Below the pieces are notes generated by a model that made no database searches, was not told the DNA's origin, and saw only the letters and a list, made by a program, of their open reading frames with translations. Shown one piece after another: positions 26,752 to 35,970 of a stretch of DNA of 64,000 nucleotides; within the stretch, counting starts at the first letter, position 1; every line of letters begins with the position of its first letter. The position numbers were made by a program, and so were the translations under genes. The DNA is taken from the NCBI RefSeq assembly GCF_030655075.1, contig NZ_JAURWE010000061.1; one strand, 5' to 3'. The stretch is from Pararhizobium sp. (lineage in GTDB: Bacteria; Pseudomonadota; Alphaproteobacteria; Rhizobiales; Rhizobiaceae).

Positions 26752-26861
26752 TGCTGGCCGCAGCGCCAGTCGAGACAGTGCAAGGTACGCTTGGAGGAAG
26801 CGCCGGTCACACCAAACGACACTTTGACCAATCCCAACCAAACCCGATGGAGGAGAAGATC

Positions 26862-28079
26862 ATGACGTTCACTCGATTGTTGGCAACGGCCGCGCTAATC
26901 GGCCTTGCTGCCGCAAACCCCACGCTGGCAGACGACGCGCCGGTAACGCTGACATGGCAGATGTGGGGAACTGACAGTAACAAGCCGGTTCTCCAGGAAA
27001 TGGCGGATCTGGTTCATAAAGAATATCCGAATATCACGGTGAACGTGCAGATCAGTGGCTGGACCGACTACTGGACCAAGCTTCCGATCCAAGCATCGTC
27101 GGGCCAACTCGCCGATATCGTCAGTATGACGTCGTCGCGCGTTCCCAATTTCTATACGATACTCGAACCGCTCGATGCGCATTTTGCGACTGACGGTTTC
27201 GATACCAGCGTCTTTGAACCATCCATTCTTGCTGCCCTGTCCTTCGACAAGACCGTCTATTCCTTGCCGTATGACGTTGGTCCCTGGCTCATTTATTACA
27301 ACAAGGACAAGTTCGCCAAGGCGGGCGTGCCCGAGCCGAAACCAGGCTGGACAATGGCCGATCTGCGGGCGACAGCCAAAGCGCTGACAGGAGACGGTTC
27401 TTACGGGTATTCGATCCAGCTTGCCGATTTCATCACATTGCCGCGGGCGTTGGGCGCGGAATATGTCACCGACGACGGCCAGTTCGATCTTCTCAACGCA
27501 GCGAACGTGAAGGCAGTGACCGAACTGGTCGACATGGCCAGCAAGGATCACTCGACAACGCCGATTTCCGCCGGTGGCGGTGGTCAGGAAGGGCGTGGGG
27601 CTTTCACCTCGGGAGGCGGAGCAATGTTCAGCGATGGTCCCTGGTCGCTCATCGATCTGAGCAAGGAGGTAACATTCAAGCTGGGCGTGACCTCGCTGCC
27701 ACGCGGCGAAGGTCCTCTTCGTGCGATCACCGCCGGTTCCGGCTTCGGGGTTTCTGCTGCCAGCCCCAACAAGGAAGCCGCCTATAAGGCGCTGCAGGTT
27801 CTGACCGGTGCAAAGGTCGCTGAAATCCTCGGACGCACCGGTCGCGCTCTTCCCGCACGCATTGCCCAACAGCATTTTTGGATCGAGGTTGCGGCCAAGG
27901 ACGTTGCCGGTGCACGCGAGGCACTCGAATATTCCTTCGCCAATACCATTCAGTACAAGGTGACCAGCAACTGGACCGAGTTTGAAAACCAGTTCAGCCA
28001 GAACATTCCTCTGGCGGCCAATGGCGACGTTACGCCGGAAGAGATGTTGAGGACCGTGCAGGAGCTTGTTCAGCAGTAG
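26862..28079 (+). CDS. sugar ABC transporter substrate-binding protein (family 1)
   Basis: GGAGGAG SD. Signal peptide MTFTRLLATAALIGLAAANPTLA. Typical SBP_bac_1 pattern (LTWQMWG..., YYNKDKFAKAG). Confidence 0.85.
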   Translation: MTFTRLLATAALIGLAAANPTLADDAPVTLTWQMWGTDSNKPVLQEMADLVHKEYPNITVNVQISGWTDYWTKLPIQASSGQLADIVSMTSSRVPNFYTILEPLDAHFATDGFDTSVFEPSILAALSFDKTVYSLPYDVGPWLIYYNKDKFAKAGVPEPKPGWTMADLRATAKALTGDGSYGYSIQLADFITLPRALGAEYVTDDGQFDLLNAANVKAVTELVDMASKDHSTTPISAGGGGQEGRGAFTSGGGAMFSDGPWSLIDLSKEVTFKLGVTSLPRGEGPLRAITAGSGFGVSAASPNKEAAYKALQVLTGAKVAEILGRTGRALPARIAQQHFWIEVAAKDVAGAREALEYSFANTIQYKVTSNWTEFENQFSQNIPLAANGDVTPEEMLRTVQELVQQ

Positions 28080-28232
28080 ACCTGCATTGCCTGACAAGCG
28101 GCATCAGAGCCGCTTGTCAGCGACCTTTCGCCGGATCTTCGACTCTGTCCCGCGCCGTTGGACTGCCGGACACTGCACGGGATCTGCCCTATCGCGTCTT
28201 CGCCGATTTCACCCAGCACCTTGGGAGGCAGC

Positions 28233-29174
28233 ATGACACACGTTCTCGTTTCCAAAGACACTGCAACATCGAAAATTGCTCGACCACGGCGCAAGGATAT
28301 GCTCGCCGCAGCCGAGGCGCGCACGGCATTCATCTTTCTTTTGCCGAGCCTCATTGGCGTCACCCTCTTCCTTATCTTGCCCATCATTGCCTCGCTGGTG
28401 ATGAGCTTCACCAACTGGAAGCTGCTGACGACACCCGCGTTTGTGGGTTTTCAGAACTATACCCGCCTGTTCGGCCGCGATCCCCAGTTCTGGACGACGC
28501 TCGGCAACACGCTGTTCTTCACCCTTGAATATCTCGTGCTGAACATGATCATCTCGGTTGGACTGGCAGTCTGGATATCCAGTCTCAAGATCGGTCAGCG
28601 CTGGTTTCGGGTCATTTTCTTCATTCCGACCTTTACACCCGCCATCGCGGTGGCAGTGGTCTGGAAATTGATCTTTACGCCGAACGGATTTCTCGATTCC
28701 ATATTCCTCTCTCTGGGAATTGATCCGCCCAACATGCTGAACGACAGAACCCTTGCCATGCAGGCGGTCATCATCGTCTCGCTTTGGGCAGGCGTTGGCT
28801 ACAATACGGTGCTGTTCAATGCGGCACTGGAGATGGTTCCGGCCAGCTATCTCGAAGCCGCCAAGATCGATGGCGCCAGCGCCTGGCAGCGGTTCTGGAA
28901 AATTCGGCTGCCATTGATCTCGCCGACCCTGTTCTTCGGCGCGGTGATGACGGCCATCAGTTCCCTGCAGATCTTCGACCAGATCTATGCCCTGACCAGG
29001 GGCGGGCCCGGCGCGGCCACATCAACACTCGGCTATGCCATTTTCCAGCAGGGTTTTCAGAACTTCCAGATGGGCTACGCCTCCTCGATCGCCTGGGTCA
29101 TGTTCGCCATCATCCTGCTGCTGACAGCGCTGCAATTCTGGCTTCAAAAGAAATGGGTGCACTATGACGGCTAA
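28233..29174 (+). CDS. sugar ABC transporter permease (MalF/UgpA-like)
   Basis: GGGAGG SD. Six predicted TM segments. EAA loop EAAKIDGASAWQRFWKIRLPL. Confidence 0.85.
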   Translation: MTHVLVSKDTATSKIARPRRKDMLAAAEARTAFIFLLPSLIGVTLFLILPIIASLVMSFTNWKLLTTPAFVGFQNYTRLFGRDPQFWTTLGNTLFFTLEYLVLNMIISVGLAVWISSLKIGQRWFRVIFFIPTFTPAIAVAVVWKLIFTPNGFLDSIFLSLGIDPPNMLNDRTLAMQAVIIVSLWAGVGYNTVLFNAALEMVPASYLEAAKIDGASAWQRFWKIRLPLISPTLFFGAVMTAISSLQIFDQIYALTRGGPGAATSTLGYAIFQQGFQNFQMGYASSIAWVMFAIILLLTALQFWLQKKWVHYDG

Positions 29175-30021
29175 AAGCAAATCCAACAGCATCAAGACCA
29201 CTCTGGCGTTCGACATCTTCAATCACCTGGCGCTCGGCCTCATCGCGTTGGCGTTCCTGTTCCCCTTCTTCTGGATGGTCTCGAATGCCCTGCGCAGCAA
29301 CACCGAAGTGTTCGCCGTTCCGGTGCGGATCATTCCCAACGTCATCGAATGGGGCAACTTCGCCGAAGCCTGGACGCGGCTTCCGTTCGGGCGTTTCTTT
29401 CTGAACAGCGTCTTGTTCTCGGTGAGTGTCACGCTGATCACTCTCGTCGTCTCCGTTCTGGCCGGTTACGCCTTCGCCAGGCTGCGGTTTCGCGGGCGGG
29501 AGCAGTTGTTGCTCCTCTATGTCTCGACCCTGATGATCCCCGGGATGATGCTTGTTATTCCGCTATTCCTGATCATCAGCAAGATGGGACTGGTCAACAC
29601 CTTCGCCGGGCTGATTCTGCCCGTTTCCTTCGGGACCTTTGGCGTCTTTATGCTTCGGCAGTTTTTCCTCGGCATCCCCAAGGAGCTGGAAGAGGCGGCG
29701 CTGGTGGACGGGGCTTCGCGGCTGCGCATCGTCATCAGCCTCATCGTTCCGCTATCCATGCCGGCGATCGCGCTGTTGTCGCTTTTCACCTTCGTGGGGC
29801 AGTGGAACAACTTCCTGTGGCCGCTGATCATCATGAACGGGCCCGAAACCGCGACGCTGCCTTTGGGCCTGACGCTGTTCCAGACGCAGCAGGGCACGGC
29901 ATGGAACTACATCATGGCCGGTGCAACCTTCTCGATGGTGCCGGGCGTTGTTCTCGCCATCGCGCTTCAGAAGCTGATCTACAGCAGCATTTCGATGAGT
30001 TCGGGCATGGGCGGCCGCTGA
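29164..30021 (+). CDS. sugar ABC transporter permease (MalG/UgpE-like)
   Basis: Overlaps the upstream permease by 11 nt. EAA loop [21 protein letters not shown]. Confidence 0.85.
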   Translation: MTAKSKSNSIKTTLAFDIFNHLALGLIALAFLFPFFWMVSNALRSNTEVFAVPVRIIPNVIEWGNFAEAWTRLPFGRFFLNSVLFSVSVTLITLVVSVLAGYAFARLRFRGREQLLLLYVSTLMIPGMMLVIPLFLIISKMGLVNTFAGLILPVSFGTFGVFMLRQFFLGIPKELEEAALVDGASRLRIVISLIVPLSMPAIALLSLFTFVGQWNNFLWPLIIMNGPETATLPLGLTLFQTQQGTAWNYIMAGATFSMVPGVVLAIALQKLIYSSISMSSGMGGR

Positions 30022-30067
30022 AGGCTGCCGACCCGTCAAATTTTTCATCTTAGGAAGGAACGGCAAG

Positions 30068-31138
30068 ATGGCCAACGTCTCTATCAAGGAAGTTGTGAAA
30101 GCCTACGGGTCTCTGGAAGTCCTGCACAGCGTCGACGTCGATGTCCGCGACGGCGAATTCATGATTCTCGTCGGGCCGTCCGGCTGCGGCAAGTCGACCC
30201 TGCTGCGCATGATCGCCGGGCTGGAAACCATCACCGATGGCGAGATCGAAATCGGCGGCAGAGTTGTCAACGATCTGCCCCCCAAAGCGCGCGACATCGC
30301 CATGGTGTTTCAGAGTTACGCGCTTTATCCGCATATGACGGTCAAGCAGAACATGGCGTTTTCGCTGAAACTGGCCAAGAAGAGCACGGCGGAAATCGAC
30401 GAGATGATCGGCCATGCGGCCGGCATCCTTGATCTGTCGCACCTGCTCGATAGATATCCGAGACAACTGTCGGGCGGCCAACGCCAGCGCGTCGCCATGG
30501 GCCGCTCGATCGTGCGCAATCCGGCAGTTTTTCTCTTCGACGAACCGCTGAGCAACCTCGATGCCAAGCTGCGTGTGCAGATGCGCGGCGAGATCAAGGC
30601 GCTGCACCAGCGTCTGAAATCGACGATGGTCTACGTGACGCACGACCAGATGGAGGCCATGACCATGGCAGACCGCATCGTCGTCATGCGGGCGGGCTAT
30701 ATCGAACAGATTGGCACACCGCTTGAGCTCTACGACAAGCCGGTGAACAGCTTCATTGCCACCTTCATCGGCTCGCCGTCGATGAACCTCATAGACGGCG
30801 TGCTCGCCCGGCAAGACGGGTCCATCGTGCTGGAGGCGAAGGGGAACACGACCTGGCCTCTACCGGCAGGCATCAGCACGCCAGCCGGTACCGCCGTCCA
30901 GGTGGGAATCCGGCCGGAACACCTGCGACTGGACAAGGACGGTGTCGAGGCTGAAGCCATCATCATCGAGCCGACCGGGGCCGAGACACATGTCTTGATG
31001 GACGTCGGCGGCCAGAAGCTGACCGGCGTCTTTCGCGAGCGGCTGGACATTGGCGCCGGAGGAAAACTGCGCATCGCACCGGATCTGGACAGGGCGCACC
31101 TGTTCGACAAAGAAACAGGCAGAAGGCTCATTCAGTAA
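30068..31138 (+). CDS. sugar ABC transporter ATP-binding protein (MalK/UgpC-like)
   Basis: Walker [10 protein letters not shown], signature LSGGQRQRV, Walker [10 protein letters not shown], and a C-terminal TOBE-like domain. Confidence 0.9.
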   Translation: MANVSIKEVVKAYGSLEVLHSVDVDVRDGEFMILVGPSGCGKSTLLRMIAGLETITDGEIEIGGRVVNDLPPKARDIAMVFQSYALYPHMTVKQNMAFSLKLAKKSTAEIDEMIGHAAGILDLSHLLDRYPRQLSGGQRQRVAMGRSIVRNPAVFLFDEPLSNLDAKLRVQMRGEIKALHQRLKSTMVYVTHDQMEAMTMADRIVVMRAGYIEQIGTPLELYDKPVNSFIATFIGSPSMNLIDGVLARQDGSIVLEAKGNTTWPLPAGISTPAGTAVQVGIRPEHLRLDKDGVEAEAIIIEPTGAETHVLMDVGGQKLTGVFRERLDIGAGGKLRIAPDLDRAHLFDKETGRRLIQ

Positions 31139-31198
31139 CGCCCGGTCAAAAGACTGCGGCGATCCGTTGCAGGCAAACTCCCCTCCTATCGCCTGCAT

Positions 31199-31240
31199 CC
31201 CGGCCGGGAAGCGAGACCCCACGCTTCCCGGCCGACTTTG
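31199..31240 (+). terminator. strong GC hairpin after the ABC operon (terminator-like, weak T tract)
   Basis: CGGCCGGGAAGCG - AGACCCCA - CGCTTCCCGGCCG (13-bp perfect stem) followed by ACTTTG. Confidence 0.5.
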
Positions 31241-31409
31241 CAACAGACCAGCCGGCGCGTCCGATCTGATCCCCGCGACACCCTCCGCGCTTGTCTTTTT
31301 GCCCGATATGCTATGAGACAGGTGAGGATCAGCAATCCACCGGCTTTGTCAGAAAAGTGTAACGCTGGTGTAATAGGGCATACACAATCGAGATGCCCCG
31401 GGAGCGGCC

Positions 31410-32249
31410 GTGCAGTTCAAACAATTGTCCTACGCCAATGAGAACGACAAGCGGCTGAAGCGCTGGGTGATCCGTTCGATCGAGGGCCTGTCGGGACGCA
31501 ACCGCTATGCGCGGCTCTACACCATCTGGCGGCGGGATGTCGTCGGCCACAGCGACCGCATTTTTGGCCGCATGCTGGAACTGATCGACGTGCGCATGCG
31601 CGTCGTCGGCGAGTGGCCGCCGCGCGACCTGCCATCATCGCCTGTCGTCATCATCGCCAACCATCCCTTCGGCATCGGTGACGGCATTGCCATCCTGTCG
31701 CTGGCCGAACAGCTCGGCCGGCCGTTCCGCGTGCTGATCAACAGCGAGCTGCTGAAGGTGCCGGAAATGGAGCCCTTTGCCCTGCCGATCTCGTTTGAGG
31801 AAACCAAGGAAGCCCTGGCGCTGAACATGGCGACGCGGCATGAGGCGGTGCGGCTGTTGAAAGAAGGGGTCACGGTCATCGTCTTTCCGGCCGGCGGCGT
31901 GGCCACGGCGAAAAAGGCCTTTGGCCGCGCCGAGGACCTGCCCTGGAAGATGTTTCCGGCCAAGCTGATCCAGTCGGCCAAGGCGAGCGTCATCCCGGTC
32001 TATTTCGAAGGGCAGAACGGCCGGCTGTTTCACATCGCCAGCAAACTGTCGCTGACCCTGCGCCTGTCGCTGCTGATCCGCGAGTTCAGCCGCCTGTCCG
32101 GCAAGACAATCTCGTCGCGCATCGGCCAGATGATCGGCTGGGAGGAACTCAGCGCCATTCCTGACCGTAAGGACATGCTGACCAGGCTTTATGATGCCGT
32201 CTTCTCACTGGCACCGCCGAAGCGGCCGTTCCTGCGCCGGGCAGGGTGA
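31410..32249 (+). CDS. lysophospholipid/glycerolipid acyltransferase-family protein (PlsC-like)
   Basis: ANHPFGIGDG (HX-D box variant) and VIVFPAGG (the second acyltransferase block). GTG start as in the ORF track. Confidence 0.6.
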   Translation: MQFKQLSYANENDKRLKRWVIRSIEGLSGRNRYARLYTIWRRDVVGHSDRIFGRMLELIDVRMRVVGEWPPRDLPSSPVVIIANHPFGIGDGIAILSLAEQLGRPFRVLINSELLKVPEMEPFALPISFEETKEALALNMATRHEAVRLLKEGVTVIVFPAGGVATAKKAFGRAEDLPWKMFPAKLIQSAKASVIPVYFEGQNGRLFHIASKLSLTLRLSLLIREFSRLSGKTISSRIGQMIGWEELSAIPDRKDMLTRLYDAVFSLAPPKRPFLRRAG

Positions 32250-32253
32250 ACGC

Positions 32254-33216
32254 TCAATCCTTGAGAATGACCTCAATGTCGGTGTTGACGCCCGCAGCCA
32301 CCTTGAAGTCGCGCTGGTAGATCTTGTCCTTGTTGCGGGCGACGGCGGAATAGTCGCCTTCTGCCAGAACGATGGTCGGGAAGGCGCCGACGCTTTCGCT
32401 GACGACGTCGCCGGCGGCCGTCAGGATCGACCAGGCGGTGTCGGCGATGGCTTCGCCGCCGGGCTCGGCGACCAGTTTCAACGTCAGCTTGGCGGCCTTG
32501 TGCTGGATCGTCGCTTCGGTGAGTTTTCCGGCTTCCACCTGGATATCGGCGCGGATGACGGCGTTGACCTTGCCATAGTCGGATACGACGTGATAGGTGC
32601 CGGCATTCAGGCGCACCACCGTGCCGGGGCTGACATCGGCGACCACCAGACCGCGTTCGCCGTCCTCCTTGACGTCTTCCGAATAGATCGAAAAGCTGAG
32701 CTCGGCCGGAGGAATGCGCACATCGCTGCCGGAAACGGCGTTCAGCATGATGCCGCCGGCATCGAGAACCAGAACCTGCTTGTCGAGCTGCCCCTCAGAG
32801 GGAATGCTGACCTTCTTCGTCGCACCGGCACGGCCGAAGGCGACGTTGACGAAATAGTCGCCGGGCACGAGCTGGAAGGCCGACGAGCCGCCCTCGGCCG
32901 TTGCCAGCAGCGGCAGTTTGCCGTCGGAACCGGGAATGAGGCTGAAGACCCGCCAGGTCAGGCCCTGTTCGACAGCGCCGCCCTTTTCGGTCAGCCGCGC
33001 TTGAAACGACACTTCCTTGGCGGCCTCACCGGCCGCTTCGCCCGGCAGGATCGCGGTAAAACTGTTGAGCTTCGGCATCTTTTTCGGCGATGTGTTCAGC
33101 GGAAACGTGCTGAAAGCCTCGGCGGGTTCCTGCGCCGCAGCATGGTGCGAAAAGGACGCCCAGACCGCCAGCGCCATGGCGCCGATCTGCAGGACAGTTT
33201 TCATGGATATGCGCAT
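32254..33216 (-). CDS. secreted hypothetical protein with three internal beta-rich repeats
   Basis: Signal peptide ...AVWASFSHHAAAQ. Three modules of about 75 aa share the pattern W..(F/L)...G......(V/L).(P/A)G.Y.V......V...(I/F).V.AG. Confidence 0.6.
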   Translation of the reverse strand: MRISMKTVLQIGAMALAVWASFSHHAAAQEPAEAFSTFPLNTSPKKMPKLNSFTAILPGEAAGEAAKEVSFQARLTEKGGAVEQGLTWRVFSLIPGSDGKLPLLATAEGGSSAFQLVPGDYFVNVAFGRAGATKKVSIPSEGQLDKQVLVLDAGGIMLNAVSGSDVRIPPAELSFSIYSEDVKEDGERGLVVADVSPGTVVRLNAGTYHVVSDYGKVNAVIRADIQVEAGKLTEATIQHKAAKLTLKLVAEPGGEAIADTAWSILTAAGDVVSESVGAFPTIVLAEGDYSAVARNKDKIYQRDFKVAAGVNTDIEVILKD

Positions 33217-33316
33217 GGCGGCGGTTGACTTCCTGATTGTCCGGCTCCACTTGAAGGCCCGGTCGATGGCATTTTGATGGCCGTTTCGGGCTGCAAACTA
33301 TTGGAAGAACGACGCG

Positions 33317-33901
33317 ATGAAAACTGAAATCAAGCTTGCCGACTATCTTTCCACGCGGCGTTCCATCCCGGCCTTCCAGATGGCCGAACCGGGGCCTGGC
33401 AAGGACGAGATAGTAGACATGCTCAAGCTTGCCTCGCGCGTGCCGGACCACGGCAAGCTGGCGCCCTGGCGCTTCATCGTCTATCGCGGCGAGGAGAGGG
33501 CGCGCCTCAGCGCTGCACTGGCGACGATCGCCCTTGCCAACAAGCCCGACCTCTCCGACGAGATGATCAAGGTGGAAAACACCCGTTTCACCCGCGCGCC
33601 CGTTGTCATCGCCGTCGTCAGCAAGGCGGCACCGCACATGAAGGTGCCCGAATGGGAGCAGCTGATGTCGGCAGGCGCCGTCTGCCTCAACCTGCTGATG
33701 GCCGCCAATGCGCTCGGTTTTTCGTCCAACTGGCTGACCGAATGGTTCGCCTATGACGAAAAGGCCTATCCGCTTCTGGGCGTCGCGCCCGGCGAAAGGG
33801 TTGCGGGCTTCATCCACATCGGCACGGCAACGGTGCCGCCCTTCGAGCGCCCGCGTCCCGAGCTCGCCGATATCGTCACCTGGGCCGGCGGCGAGGCTTG
33901 A
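33317..33901 (+). CDS. nitroreductase-family protein
   Basis: [11 protein letters not shown]...[17 protein letters not shown]...NWLTEW is a typical nitroreductase fold signature. Confidence 0.8.
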   Translation: MKTEIKLADYLSTRRSIPAFQMAEPGPGKDEIVDMLKLASRVPDHGKLAPWRFIVYRGEERARLSAALATIALANKPDLSDEMIKVENTRFTRAPVVIAVVSKAAPHMKVPEWEQLMSAGAVCLNLLMAANALGFSSNWLTEWFAYDEKAYPLLGVAPGERVAGFIHIGTATVPPFERPRPELADIVTWAGGEA

Positions 33902-33906
33902 CGTCC

Positions 33907-34524
33907 ATGTTCTACGAGACGGGCACGAACCGGCATGGCCTCAGCCACGATCCGTTCAAGGCGATCGTCTCGCCGCGGCCGATCGGCTGGATCGGCAGCA
34001 TCGATGCGGCCGGGCGCCACAATCTGGCGCCATACTCCTTCTTCAACGCCATCGGCGATACGCCGAAACTGGTGATGTTTTCGGCCGGTGGCGGCAAGGA
34101 TTCGGTGCCCAATATCGCCGAAACCGGCGTCTTTACCTGCAGCTTCGTCAGCCGCAATCTGTCGGATCAGATGAACCTGACCTCGATCGCCGCGCCCAAG
34201 GGCGAGAGCGAGTTCGCCCTTGCCGGGCTGACGCCGGTGACCGGCACGCTGGTGGCCGCACCCTTCGTCGCAGAAGCCTTCGCCGTGCTCGAATGCCGGG
34301 TGACCGAGATCTTTCGGCCCAAGGATATCGAGGGCGTGCCCAGCGACAACCACGTCGTCATCGGCCAGGTGATCGGCATCCATATCCGGCAAGAGGCGAT
34401 CCGCGACGGCCGTTTCGACGTCACGCTCGTGCGGCCGGTCGGGCGCATGGGGTACCGGGACTATTGCGATGCAGGCGAGGTTTTCGAGATGACCCGCCCG
34501 GGCCAGAGGCGGGTTATGGATTGA
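33907..34524 (+). CDS. flavin reductase-like FMN-binding domain protein
   Basis: FKAIVSPRPIGWIGSIDAAGRHNLAPYSFFNA...VLECRV. The start could instead be TTG 33898. Confidence 0.8.
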   Translation: MFYETGTNRHGLSHDPFKAIVSPRPIGWIGSIDAAGRHNLAPYSFFNAIGDTPKLVMFSAGGGKDSVPNIAETGVFTCSFVSRNLSDQMNLTSIAAPKGESEFALAGLTPVTGTLVAAPFVAEAFAVLECRVTEIFRPKDIEGVPSDNHVVIGQVIGIHIRQEAIRDGRFDVTLVRPVGRMGYRDYCDAGEVFEMTRPGQRRVMD

Positions 34525-34620
34525 GATCTGGAATGAAGCCGCCGAAAGCAACGCTGTAAACAGCGGTATTTAGCGATATATCCTCTCATAGGTCGGCGCA
34601 GTGAGTTCATTTCTAATTTG

Positions 34621-35076
34621 TTAGAAAAACCATGGTATGACTCGGTTCTCAAGGTCGAATAGGTTGGCAGGCTCCAGCTCTAATATCTTGGCACTATGTC
34701 GAGCCCTTTCAATCCACATATATGATTGATCAATTTCAAATATCTCAAGGATTGGCTCGTCTTTCTCTTTATCGTGATGTTTTAACCTGTTCCTTGTAGC
34801 GTTCCACTCCTTAAATGCCTCCTTTTTTGTTGTGGTTCCGGCCATGCGAATACCTAGCGATCGCAGCTGTTCAATTTCTGCCCAAGCCATATCGGCGGGA
34901 GCTTTTCCGCCGGATTCCTCAATAATCCCACAGAAAATCGCGTCTGCAGCCCCCGCCAGTGTTATCGCTGAAATATATCTTCTTTCCAAAAACAACCGAA
35001 TTGCGTCTTCGAATTGCAGCAGAGCTACATCACTTTTTGCTATCAGACGCACTGGATCATCGGTGAATTTGCCCAT
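34621..35076 (-). CDS. orphan hypothetical protein, HEPN-like (RNRLKH = Rx4H)
   Basis: 151 aa. GGAGGG SD lies 4 nt before the ATG at 35076. A sampled stretch is about 33% GC. Predicted all-helical, with motif WNATR95NRLKH100HD. No neighbouring partner ORF. Confidence 0.65.
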   Translation of the reverse strand: MGKFTDDPVRLIAKSDVALLQFEDAIRLFLERRYISAITLAGAADAIFCGIIEESGGKAPADMAWAEIEQLRSLGIRMAGTTTKKEAFKEWNATRNRLKHHDKEKDEPILEIFEIDQSYMWIERARHSAKILELEPANLFDLENRVIPWFF

Positions 35077-35127
35077 CCGTCCCTCCTATAAAATTTTGTA
35101 AGCGCTCGATAAATTGAGTGCTGTAAT

Positions 35128-35829
35128 TTAGATTTTTGTCAAAGACTCAAGTCGGCTCGCTGAGCTTTTAACCGCATCTAAATCGGCTACCGCCACCCCG
35201 GAAAACCCGTCCGCGCGGGCGCGGGCGCCATGCTCTGCGCCAGTGCCATGCAGCACCGCGATTGCCGCCACGCCTGCTTCCGAGGCGCGCAGGACCGCCA
35301 TGCTGCGGCCGAACCTGACGATATCGTGACCGGAGAGATCGTTATCCGGCGAAAGACCGAGGCTGCCCGCAAGCAGGGTCTCGTTCCACAAAAGCCCGCT
35401 CAGGCGCCGTGAGCGGTTGCCATAGCTGGAATTGGCGAGAAGGTTGCGCGCGGTGGTGCCGAATTCGGCGATGATCCCGGCCGGGGCGGCGCTCCGCCCA
35501 AGTTCGGCCTCGTGCACCGACATCAGCACGTCGAGTTTTTGCACCTCCGCACCGCTTTGGCAGTCTGCCAAAAGGATTCCATCGGGATGCGCTGTCATGA
35601 CCGCAGCCAGATCAGCCTCGGCAAGGCCGCTCGAAAATGCATGGATCCGGACATACAGCGCCGGGCAGGGGGCCGGTGTCTGGCAGGCCGTGATGAGGCT
35701 GACGGTCTGCGCCCTCGCCACGCCGTCCGTTGCCGCCAGATCGATGATGATCGCATCGGCGCCGCAGGCTCCGGCGATGGCGGGCGTCAGGCTGGCGGCG
35801 GTGGTCAGAAGGAAGATCGCAGGCGGCAT
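35128..35829 (-). CDS. HpcH/HpaI aldolase / citrate-lyase-beta (CitE)-like protein, divergent
   Basis: 233 aa from MPPAIFLL. GADAIIIDL...YVRI...PDGILLADC...GIIAEFGT resembles the CitE/HpcH TIM-barrel blocks, but with the usual acidic residues replaced (DLAATDG where I expect DLEDAV). Confidence 0.5.
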   Translation of the reverse strand: MPPAIFLLTTAASLTPAIAGACGADAIIIDLAATDGVARAQTVSLITACQTPAPCPALYVRIHAFSSGLAEADLAAVMTAHPDGILLADCQSGAEVQKLDVLMSVHEAELGRSAAPAGIIAEFGTTARNLLANSSYGNRSRRLSGLLWNETLLAGSLGLSPDNDLSGHDIVRFGRSMAVLRASEAGVAAIAVLHGTGAEHGARARADGFSGVAVADLDAVKSSASRLESLTKI

Positions 35830-35970
35830 GGGATGGTCCTGATGTCGGGGCCGGAAAGGGGCGGGTGCACGCTGTTCCTCGGGCCAAGGTGCTTTCATGT
35901 CTCTTAAGAAATATAGTGAACCAATCTTAAACACTTTGCCGCTAGCATCAGCTCTACGTCGAGTAACCGC

